Source of the DNA: a virus
Virus record (IMG/VR): IMGVR_UViG_3300032007_000113
Direction: 5' to 3' (one strand)
Length of the DNA: 56,062 nt
The notes below the pieces were generated by a model. It had not been told where the DNA came from, ran no database searches, and saw only the letters and a program-made list of their open reading frames with translations. Within the stretch, counting starts at the first letter, position 1. Each line of letters begins with the position of its first letter. Positions 34,786 through 42,007 of the stretch are shown one piece after another. Made by a program: the position numbers and the translations under genes.

Positions 34786-35166
34786 ATGATTACGAGAGAA
34801 GTAACACTTTGCGGCAAGCAAGTCACGCTTGCCTATTGCTACGCTACAGAGATTGCGTACAAAGATTTAACCAACGAAGACATCATCAAGTACATTCGCT
34901 ATGCGATAGAATGCATTCAGAGTAAAGAAGACCCGGACATCAAGCAGTCCGTCTTTGCCATTGTTGCCTGCATGATTGCCTACTCGCAGAGCAAGGATGA
35001 GGAAGAAACTCCTGTCACCGACAAAGAACTCATGTTGCACATGTCTCCTCTTGAACTCGGCAAGGCTGTCCTGGCCATCATCAGCATGCGGTTGGAGTTC
35101 TACAAGGTGCCTGATCAAGAGTCCGGCGAGAAGAAAACCGAAAAGAAGGGAAAGGGAAAAAACTAA
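34786..35166 (+). CDS. tail assembly chaperone (gpG analogue)
   Basis: 126 aa; ends in a K/E-rich tail that contains the slippery heptamer. Confidence 0.65.
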   Translation: MITREVTLCGKQVTLAYCYATEIAYKDLTNEDIIKYIRYAIECIQSKEDPDIKQSVFAIVACMIAYSQSKDEEETPVTDKELMLHMSPLELGKAVLAIISMRLEFYKVPDQESGEKKTEKKGKGKN

Positions 35167-35495
35167 CCACAGCCCACGAGATATATCAGTTGCTCGTGGG
35201 CGAGATAGGTATATCGCGCAGGGAGTTTCTGTACGAGCTCCGCTTCTGGGAGGTTGATTGCATCATCAAGGGATATCGCAGGCGTAACAGACTGACGCAC
35301 CAACTGCTGGCAGAAATCGTCTACACCACCACGTATTCTATGCGTGACCCCAAGGGGAAAACGGTGGAGGGCATGTTCCCGATGTTGTTTGACGATGAAG
35401 ACGACAGCGACGAGCCCATCATGACGAAGGAGGACAGCGACGAACTGCAGCAACTCATGGAAGACCTGAATAGTCAACAAAATCCAGATAAGTAA
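34786..35495 (+). CDS. tail assembly chaperone G-T fusion product (via -1 frameshift at 35157-35163)
   Basis: Downstream ORF 35190..35495 is in the -1 frame, has no ATG start, and has no stop between the slip site and 35190. Confidence 0.6.
35157..35163 (+). promoter_or_regulatory. -1 programmed ribosomal frameshift site A_AAA_AAC
   Basis: Zero-frame codons AAA AAC then TAA; the -1 frame is open from 35157 to 35495. Confidence 0.65.
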
Positions 35496-35527
35496 AGTTC
35501 ATTTCAGTTCATTTTCATTCTTTTGTA

Positions 35528-35557
35528 AGGACGGCCGGCAGTGATGCCAGCCGTCCT
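35528..35557. terminator. hairpin between convergent transcription units
   Basis: aggacggc/gccgtcct 8-bp stem, 14-nt loop. Confidence 0.4.
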
Positions 35558-35574
35558 ATCTTAATGGCCTCTCC

Positions 35575-35636
35575 TATTAATTATTCATTATTATTTATTC
35601 ATTATTAATTATTAATTATTCGTTAGGCACAGAGTG
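35575..35636 (-). repeat. AT-rich intergenic element (oriented with the minus-strand gene)
   Basis: ...attattaattattaattattcgttaggcacagagtgc. Confidence 0.65.
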
Positions 35637-35644
35637 CAGTCTGG

Positions 35645-35698
35645 TTCATTATTAATTATTCATTATTAATTATTAATTATTCGTTAGGCACTTGTGCC
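35645..35698 (-). repeat. AT-rich intergenic element, second tandem copy, directly after the lipoprotein stop
   Basis: ttcattattaattattcattattaattattaattattcgttaggcacttgtgcc. Confidence 0.7.
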
Positions 35699-35699
35699 G

Positions 35700-36557
35700 T
35701 TACCATTCTATGACCTGGCTGTCCAGCCATTCGTCGTTCAAGGTCAGACCAAACACCCTGACTCCAGCAAAGAGGTTGCCGCTGGCTGATGTCGTCATAT
35801 TGCGGCGGAAAGGCGCATCTTGCAACTCCGCACTACCAAGACTATTGCCGTCGGCATCTTTGGCGTTGATGGTAACATCTGTCGTCCATTCATCGGAGTT
35901 ACTGAGCCCGTAGATGGAGGCGACCAACTGGCCCTGTGTGCCAATGTACGATGCAGGCACCGTGATAACACGTTCGGTAGACTGCTGGCCAACGGCACTG
36001 CCAGTCTTATAGTCGAGACCGTAGTACCACACGGAAGGGGTAATGCACAGCTTTTCGACACCATCTGGCACTTCATCATTGATGGTGGCTTTAAATTTTG
36101 TCACCACGCGGTCTAATGTCACGGCGACATTGCTTGTGTTGGTGCCGACGGTCAACTGCAACGACTTCCAGAAAGTGTCGGAGGGTTGTGCCCAGGTTAT
36201 TTCATTGCCTGAAAAGGTAGGTGTCTTACCACGACTGGCAACGAAGTAAACGGTGTGCTCTCCATGCTTCATGATGAGTGTTGGTGCGTCAAAGTCTGAA
36301 TCGTCTTGGGTCTTGTGTACAGTCCTGACCAGTTGGTCACCCACATAGTCGAACAGCCACAAATCCGTCATGCTGGAGCCATCGGCTACAAGTCCACGGG
36401 TAGTAGCTTCCCATCCTGCGTTGCTAACGTCAAACGTCACACGCTGGTAGGCTACTGCCCCACCCCATTCTGGTTCTTCTTCACTTTCTTCATTCACTGA
36501 AGCCTCACAGCCGCACATCATGGCAGCGGCCATCGCCATTACAATCATCTTTTTCAT
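35700..36557 (-). CDS. lipoprotein (possibly fimbrillin-like), lysogeny-module moron
   Basis: Start taken at MKKMIVMAMAAAMMCGC (signal peptide plus lipobox Cys); the fimbrillin-like label is a weak impression only. Confidence 0.6.
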   Translation of the reverse strand: MKKMIVMAMAAAMMCGCEASVNEESEEEPEWGGAVAYQRVTFDVSNAGWEATTRGLVADGSSMTDLWLFDYVGDQLVRTVHKTQDDSDFDAPTLIMKHGEHTVYFVASRGKTPTFSGNEITWAQPSDTFWKSLQLTVGTNTSNVAVTLDRVVTKFKATINDEVPDGVEKLCITPSVWYYGLDYKTGSAVGQQSTERVITVPASYIGTQGQLVASIYGLSNSDEWTTDVTINAKDADGNSLGSAELQDAPFRRNMTTSASGNLFAGVRVFGLTLNDEWLDSQVIEW

Positions 36558-36567
36558 AGTCTTTTTT

Positions 36568-37776
36568 TTAATTATTATTGTTAAAAAGTCTCGATACTTT
36601 TGCAAAGTCTTCATGCACCATCGTAGCGGTCACCTTGGCATACTTCTGCGTCTCGCGTGTCGTCGTGTGGCCCATCATCTTCGCAAGACTCTCCATCGAC
36701 ACACCGTTGCGCAGCATCCACGTAGCGAAAGAGTGACGTGCCAGGTGCGAGTGCAATCGGGTAGTGATGCCCGTCGCCATCTGGATAGCCTTCAGCGCAT
36801 GGTTGTAGTCGGCGTTACCGATCTTTGGAGCCTGCATACCGTATCGCTCAAGCACGTCAACCACGGGAGGCAGTAGCACGCTGACGTATGCCACACCAGT
36901 CTTCACGCGCTCCTGGTTCGATGTCCACACTCCGTCCACCTTCTTGTATTGCCGAATATCAAACCGCTGCGTGTCCGAATAACTCATGCCTGTATATAAT
37001 TGGAAGACGAACAGGTCACGGGCCACACACATCGGAGAACCTGCCATAGGTCTGAGACTGACAATGGCCTGCATCTCTTCGTCGGTGAGGTATTCCAGGT
37101 TCTCACGCACGCCTCGCTTGATCTCTCCGTTGCCTATCCTGTCATAAGGATTTTTGTCTATTCGTCCTACCCGCATCGCACGGCCAATCATATACTTCAT
37201 GTACTTGTGGTAGTTATACACAGCCCCGTCACTGAGACGTGCCGGTTCCTTGCCAGCCTGTTTGTCGGCTGTTCGCTGACGGCATGGAAGAGCATGAAGC
37301 CAGGTATCCCACTCGTATATGCGCTCAACAGTCAGATCGCACCAGCGCGTCATCTTCCCAAACTGCACCAGACGGTCATACAGCAATTCATAGTGCTGCC
37401 GAGTCCCTTCTGCCATATTCAGCATGGGTATTTCTTTTTTCATCCATTCCAGCAACGTCTCCACGCGCACAGGCTCCTTGGTGCCTTCGAAGCATCGCTC
37501 CTTGATAATATTCACGTCTATGGGTATCCGCTCTTCAATGCACTTGTTGATTTCTTCATTCACCCTGCGAACAATCAGCCCAAGCCGATTATTAAGCGCA
37601 TCCGCGTCAGGACGGGCCACAATCGCCCCTGCCCAGTGCTTTGCACGCACGCGCATACCAGTATTAATATAATACGACTTCCTATCAATGGTCACTCTCA
37701 CTTCGAGCGTCCCTTCTGCGTTCTTATCTTCTTGCGCCACTTTACGACGGTCAAATATTATTCTGGTCGAAAACAT
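36568..37776 (-). CDS. int: tyrosine integrase (Bacteroides phage/CTn type)
   Basis: ARHSFATWMLRNGVSMESLAKMMGHTTTRETQKYAKV catalytic C-terminus (R..H..R/Y); N-terminal arm-binding-like domain. Confidence 0.9.
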   Translation of the reverse strand: MFSTRIIFDRRKVAQEDKNAEGTLEVRVTIDRKSYYINTGMRVRAKHWAGAIVARPDADALNNRLGLIVRRVNEEINKCIEERIPIDVNIIKERCFEGTKEPVRVETLLEWMKKEIPMLNMAEGTRQHYELLYDRLVQFGKMTRWCDLTVERIYEWDTWLHALPCRQRTADKQAGKEPARLSDGAVYNYHKYMKYMIGRAMRVGRIDKNPYDRIGNGEIKRGVRENLEYLTDEEMQAIVSLRPMAGSPMCVARDLFVFQLYTGMSYSDTQRFDIRQYKKVDGVWTSNQERVKTGVAYVSVLLPPVVDVLERYGMQAPKIGNADYNHALKAIQMATGITTRLHSHLARHSFATWMLRNGVSMESLAKMMGHTTTRETQKYAKVTATMVHEDFAKVSRLFNNNN

Positions 37777-37804
37777 ACTTTTTCTTGGTTTTAATGTTAT
37801 TAAC

Positions 37805-37839
37805 TGTTAATTATTCATTATTAATTATTAATTATTCGT
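37805..37839 (-). repeat. AT-rich intergenic element upstream of int
   Basis: gttaattattcattattaattattaattattcg. Confidence 0.6.
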
Positions 37840-37933
37840 TTCTCCACCGTTTTCAGTCCCTTCAGTCTCACTTTCTCATTGGTCGGTGTAAAACATAGTA
37901 AAACTGTAAAACATGTGTAAAACATTCGGGGTA

Positions 37934-37963
37934 AAAATCCGAGAAAATCCGAGAAAATCCCGA
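37934..37963. repeat. three tandem 10-mers AAAATCC(C)GAG (candidate integrase arm-type sites)
   Basis: aaaatccgag aaaatccgag aaaatcccga. Confidence 0.6.
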
Positions 37964-38143
37964 AATACCAAAACCGCCCTCCAGCAGCCACAAACCCCGA
38001 TAAACAAAGAGGATGCCGCCATTTCCTGCGTCATCCTCTCTCAATTTCAGTGATTCCGGCGGGGTTTGGATTGGAGAGGGGATTTTCCTTTGTTTATGGC
38101 GGTTTTGCGCGTTTGACGAAAATGAAGTGTAAAACATTTGCAT

Positions 38144-38710
38144 TCATCTTGATTCTTTTTTAATATAACAATCAGTGAAATACATGCCGTCGTTTGTGCC
38201 GATATAACAGTAGCAACGGCAAGGGAGAGTGGCGAACTCACGGACGTAGGTGGTTTGGTCTTTAGGGACGTAGCCGACACGGTGCCCTTCACTGGTGACT
38301 ATCTTGACGGCGTTCTGGTCGTAGGGGTTGGTCGGGTCGGGTTCCATGGTGGCAGCGAACTCGCCGAGGTGTTCATCAATGTGTTCGCCATGTGTGATGC
38401 CTGCAATGGTGAATTCGAGGTAGTCACCTATGCCTTGATCCTTGGGCCAGACGCTGACGTGGTAGCCTTTGTCCTTGATGCAGAAGTAACGGAGACGTTG
38501 AACACTGGGTTCGTCAATGGGATGAGGAGCAGATGCCCGAGAACGGTCATCCGATGAATGAATCGGGTCACCATTGTCGTCAAGGAGGTCGAAGTGGGTA
38601 GGCTGTTCTACTGTCTTTTGCTTTTCTGATTCTTCTTTGTTTCTGCGTGAAACTTTAACAGCATAAACAATCAGACATACTGCAATAATGAATAAAATTA
38701 AGAGACTCAT
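38144..38710 (-). CDS. membrane-anchored HIRAN-domain protein
   Basis: Start at MSLLILFIIAVCLIVYAV (TM); C-terminal EPDPTNPYDQNAVKIVTSEGHRVGYVPKD HIRAN signature. Confidence 0.65.
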   Translation of the reverse strand: MSLLILFIIAVCLIVYAVKVSRRNKEESEKQKTVEQPTHFDLLDDNGDPIHSSDDRSRASAPHPIDEPSVQRLRYFCIKDKGYHVSVWPKDQGIGDYLEFTIAGITHGEHIDEHLGEFAATMEPDPTNPYDQNAVKIVTSEGHRVGYVPKDQTTYVREFATLPCRCYCYIGTNDGMYFTDCYIKKESR

Positions 38711-38714
38711 AAAC

Positions 38715-39290
38715 TTATATATTAGGTTGTTTGTTATCTTCAGCAGCTCCCATAGTAAAAGGATAGCGTGATAGGTCGCCAGTGGTAGCAGCGGCCAGTT
38801 TGCGCTCCAGTTCAATGATTTGGGCATCTTGCGCTTTGATGATTTCTTCTTTGTCGGCAATGGTACGCTGCAGGTCTGCGATGCGAGACTTTAAGGCGGA
38901 AATAGTTTCATCTTTTGCTGCAAGTGCAGAATTGAACACACTCGACACATCAATGAACTGCTCGTGCGGCATATCTGATGAATGTTGCTGTGACCGCTCG
39001 AAAACCAGCCGCTCTCCTGGGTGCTGCTGATAGTAGGCCAAATCTTCCATCAGCATGCAATTTGGATCTTCACCACGAAGCCACTGAAGGTTAAATATGC
39101 AGCCGGAAGCCGTTTGCAACTTTGTAATGATGTCCTCGGTGACCTCTGTATAATCTTTAAGTATGCGCGTGATAGTGTTTTCCGTCACGCCCATACGATG
39201 TGCCAGTTCTTTTTGCGTCTTTATGTCTGTGTTGCGTTTAAGATAATCGAACGCAGCGGCAAAAATATTATTCCTTAATCTCATAAGCAA
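38715..39290 (-). CDS. CI-like repressor (HTH + coiled coil)
   Basis: KTQKELAHRMGVTENTITRILKD HTH; divergent from the early operon. Confidence 0.6.
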   Translation of the reverse strand: MLMRLRNNIFAAAFDYLKRNTDIKTQKELAHRMGVTENTITRILKDYTEVTEDIITKLQTASGCIFNLQWLRGEDPNCMLMEDLAYYQQHPGERLVFERSQQHSSDMPHEQFIDVSSVFNSALAAKDETISALKSRIADLQRTIADKEEIIKAQDAQIIELERKLAAATTGDLSRYPFTMGAAEDNKQPNI

Positions 39291-39468
39291 AACACATTAA
39301 TACCTTAAACATTGTTAAAAATCACCACCAATCTACACAAGTACCAAAATAAGTTTGTATATTTGCACCCGAAAGTAACTAACAAATACGGGGCATAGAA
39401 ATAGCCGTCAGACGTTGAGCGTCTTTTCGCATAAAGCGCACACGGCACTTTGCAAAGGGTTTGGAATG

Positions 39469-39503
39469 CAAATATACGGCTTTTTCTTCCTCGTTGTTAC
39501 AAA
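39469..39503 (-). promoter_or_regulatory. Bacteroidota-type promoter reading toward the repressor
   Basis: On the minus strand, TTTG (39503-39500) and TATATTTG (39476-39469), 27 nt apart 5'-to-5'. Confidence 0.45.
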
Positions 39504-39534
39504 CTAACAAAAAGTTTAAGCAAAATTAAAATTT

Positions 39535-39756
39535 ATGGTAATCGAGAAAATGACAAAAGACATCCTGATGAAGTTCCTGCCAGGTGACCAACAGGTGTTC
39601 ACTCTACCGAGTTTTGAGAAGGCACAGAGCGCAGCTGTTCAGGCTTACAGGGCCAAGAACTTCACAGAAACTTACGGATGGAAGTTCAGTGCCCGTATCG
39701 GTGATCCTATGGAGGGCACAAGACAGAGAACTGTGACTATTACGAGAATTTCGTAA
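39535..39756 (+). CDS. hypothetical early protein
   Basis: 73-aa ORF, first gene of the rightward operon. Confidence 0.5.
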   Translation: MVIEKMTKDILMKFLPGDQQVFTLPSFEKAQSAAVQAYRAKNFTETYGWKFSARIGDPMEGTRQRTVTITRIS

Positions 39757-39772
39757 ATAAAAAAAAGGAACT

Positions 39773-40561
39773 ATGACAAACGATTTGATTCAATTCGGAG
39801 AGAGCAGGCAGACGATGAGCAGTTTGGAGATTGCCAAACTGACAGGTAAGCCACACAATGACGTGATGAAGGCCATCCGCAAGATGGAGCCAGCATGGGA
39901 GAAAGTACATGAGGGAAAATTTTCCCTGATGTATCGTGAGACTGAAATCGGCAATGGTGCAACAAGAAAAGACCCATATTACGAACTGACCAAGACCGAG
40001 TGTCTTTATGTCGCCACGAAGTTCAACGACGAAGCTCGTGCAAAGTTGGTGCTCCGTTGGGAAGAGTTAGAGCAGAAGCAGCGTTCTCAGATGCTCCATT
40101 TGCCGGACTTCACCGATCCTGCCGAGGCTGCAATAGCATGGGCAAAGGAATATAAGGAGAAGAAGGTGCTGGCCATCGAGAACAAGAAGCTCGAAGAAGA
40201 GAATATCCAACTCGCTGCCGAGAACCAGGAACTGAAGCACGACAAGAACTATCTCGACCTGATTATGAGGTCTAAGGCTTTGCTCACTATCAGCCAGATT
40301 GCACAGGACTACGGCATGAGCGGCAAGGCACTGAACAAGAAGTTGGCCGAGATGGGCATACAGTACAGCATCAACGGCCAGTGGATACTCTATGCTAAGT
40401 ATAAGGATTGCGGCTACGTGTCGAGTCGTTCTATCGACATCACCCGCACTGATGGTCGCCCAGACGTGGTGCTTCACACCGAATGGACGCAGGCAGGCCG
40501 CAAGTTCCTGTATGAGGAATTGAAGAAGCAAGGTATCATACCAATGTTGGAAAGGGATTGA
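39773..40561 (+). CDS. Rha-family regulator with KilAC/ANT-like C-terminal domain (antirepressor)
   Basis: MSSLEIAKLTGKPHNDVMKAIRKM Rha N-terminus; ISQIAQDYGMSGKALNKKLAEMGI C-terminal domain. Confidence 0.75.
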   Translation: MTNDLIQFGESRQTMSSLEIAKLTGKPHNDVMKAIRKMEPAWEKVHEGKFSLMYRETEIGNGATRKDPYYELTKTECLYVATKFNDEARAKLVLRWEELEQKQRSQMLHLPDFTDPAEAAIAWAKEYKEKKVLAIENKKLEEENIQLAAENQELKHDKNYLDLIMRSKALLTISQIAQDYGMSGKALNKKLAEMGIQYSINGQWILYAKYKDCGYVSSRSIDITRTDGRPDVVLHTEWTQAGRKFLYEELKKQGIIPMLERD

Positions 40562-40564
40562 GCT

Positions 40565-40780
40565 ATGACGAAAGAAGAGCAGCAGAAATTAGAGGCCCTC
40601 ATTATATCATGTAAAGAATTCCGGGAAGCAGCAGATGCAGAAATTGAATCGCTGAGAGCAACTGTTGCCAGGATAGGGAGAGTTAATGAGGCTAACAGAC
40701 CATTCATGTGTTCAAACATATCATGCAAAAATCGTGAGAGAGTTGTAACATGTCCGCACTGTGGGGCAGTAATCAAATAA
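40565..40780 (+). CDS. small coiled-coil / zinc-ribbon protein
   Basis: PFMCSNISCKNRERVVTCPHCG. Confidence 0.55.
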   Translation: MTKEEQQKLEALIISCKEFREAADAEIESLRATVARIGRVNEANRPFMCSNISCKNRERVVTCPHCGAVIK

Positions 40781-40784
40781 TACT

Positions 40785-41072
40785 ATGGACAGGAAGTTGA
40801 GAGAAGAGATATTGGCCACGGTGCAGAAGGCTACCGAGGCGGCTCTGGTGAAGGCTGGTGAGCGTTGGATCACGGCGGACGAATTGTGCAAGCAGTTCCA
40901 GATGTTCACCAAGGACTGGTTGGAGAAATATGGGGATATACTTCCACATAAGCGGATAATGGTGACACACCTGAACGGAAAGACAAGAAAGACGCGGGTG
41001 ACATATCCACAGCATGAGATTGCGATTAATATTTCCGAGGGGCTTTACGACGACATGAAGCTGTTGAGGTGA
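40785..41072 (+). CDS. small DNA-binding (excisionase/HTH_17-like) candidate
   Basis: ERWITADELCKQFQMFTKDWL pattern; weak. Confidence 0.4.
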   Translation: MDRKLREEILATVQKATEAALVKAGERWITADELCKQFQMFTKDWLEKYGDILPHKRIMVTHLNGKTRKTRVTYPQHEIAINISEGLYDDMKLLR

Positions 41073-41118
41073 TGACTGTTGACGTGACACGGCAACAGAC
41101 TTGACAAAATCAATATAA

Positions 41119-41245
41119 GGAAGGTAAAAGCCGGAATAGTTGGCGCAAACCGGCATTGGAATAAGTGGGCATCTCCTTCACCAGCGTTTAGCGGTGGTCC
41201 ACGAATAGAATAGATGAGCAGGCGGTTCGAGTCCGCCACCTTCCA
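41119..41245 (+). ncRNA. atypical 127-nt tRNA-like element
   Basis: Perfect 7-bp acceptor GGAAGGT/ACCTTCC; canonical T-arm ggcgg-TTCGAGT-ccgcc; the ~95-nt interior does not fold as D and anticodon arms. Confidence 0.5.
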
Positions 41246-41679
41246 CAAACGCCGAGGGACGTGCAGCGTGCAATCCCGGCAAGTAGGCTGACATATTGTA
41301 ACACTGGGGAAGCCGATTGGTGGAACCGAAACGGCATCGAAAGAGACCAAACCGATGAGCGAGTGGAAAGAGGCGACATGAAAAAGGGTCGCGAGTACAA
41401 CAATCTGACGCAGGTAATTTCCGAATCTGTAAGACCCACGGGATGGGTTATGGTTGCGACTGAGTTGCAACATACGGGACAGATAGGTAGTAGTGTAAGG
41501 CCGAGGGAAGTGTGGGACGTGAGACGTTGGCTGAATGGTTGCTGTAACGCAGCAACAGACGAAATGAATTGAAATACGGAATCCTGATTGCAAGTCCAAT
41601 AATGCGGATGGGCTCTGCGTCGTATGTCGTAGGCTGGTGTGGCTGCCAGCTGCTTGTATGAGGGATAAATTATATGGTA
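41246..41679 (+). ncRNA. candidate large structured RNA between the two tRNA-like modules
   Basis: No convincing ORF; many local stems, e.g. gttgctg-taacg-cagcaac, gcgac..gtcgc, catcg..cgatg, ccg-aaa-cgg. Confidence 0.4.
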
Positions 41680-41768
41680 TGCCGTGTAGTTCAACATGGT
41701 GGAGCAGCGGGCAGTACTGAAAGACGTGCTGCTGTCGAGCGGAGCTGGTTCGAGCCCAGCCACGGCAA
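41680..41768 (+). tRNA. atypical 89-nt tRNA-like gene, isotype undetermined
   Basis: Acceptor TGCCGTG/CACGGCA, U8, D-arm gttc-aacatGGtg-gagc, T-arm gctgg-TTCGAGC-ccagc; the anticodon region forms a ~26-nt bulged arm rather than a 5-bp stem with a 7-nt loop. Confidence 0.45.
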
Positions 41769-41817
41769 CGTGTTTTTCATGGTTATTTAGTTTATAAGAT
41801 TCTTATTTATTTTGCGT

Positions 41818-41840
41818 AACCTCAGCGGAGGTTGTTTTCT
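41818..41840 (+). terminator. rho-independent terminator T1
   Basis: aacctc-agcg-gaggtt then gttttct. Confidence 0.7.
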
Positions 41841-41877
41841 GTTGTTATAACATACCTAAAGAGTAATGTTTATTTTT

Positions 41878-41913
41878 ACCTGCCCGCCGTGAGGCTCTCA
41901 GGTTTTTCTTTTT
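41878..41913 (+). terminator. rho-independent terminator T2
   Basis: acctgcccgcc-gtga-ggctctcaggt then ttttctttttc. Confidence 0.7.
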
Positions 41914-41938
41914 CATCATTTTGTATGATTATTTGTAT

Positions 41939-41969
41939 ACCTGCCAGCCGCGAGGCTCGCAGGTTTTTT
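41939..41969 (+). terminator. rho-independent terminator T3 (paralog of T2)
   Basis: acctgccagcc-gcga-ggctcgcaggt then tttttt. Confidence 0.8.
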
Positions 41970-42007
41970 ATTACTGAACATCATTAACAACTAAAATAAA
42001 TACGATT

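Noticed and set aside
37000-37794. 264-aa + strand ORF antisense to the integrase
   Set aside because: The integrase on the minus strand has the catalytic R..H..R..Y region. The + strand ORF has no features and a biased composition.
8626-37839. AT-rich repeats considered as a CRISPR array or as transposon/MITE ends
   Set aside because: The copies are dispersed one per intergenic gap rather than regularly spaced with unique spacers. They have no terminal inverted repeats or target-site duplications and no cas or transposase genes nearby.
41179-41197. Possible ochre-suppressor anticodon loop (GUUUAGC, anticodon UUA) in tRNA-like module 1
   Set aside because: It needs a stem with a G-G mismatch, leaves ~55 nt between acceptor and anticodon stems, and provides no proper D-arm. 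It is kept only as an alternative to test, not called as a tRNA.
41045-41763. ORFs 41045..41599 (-), 41188..41763 (-) and 41261..41572 (+, GTG start) in the RNA locus
   Set aside because: They run across tRNA-like T-arms and acceptor stems, use many rare codons, lack the phage start context, and have no recognisable domains. The + strand ORF (internal ATG after agagg) cannot be fully excluded, and this is noted in the finding.
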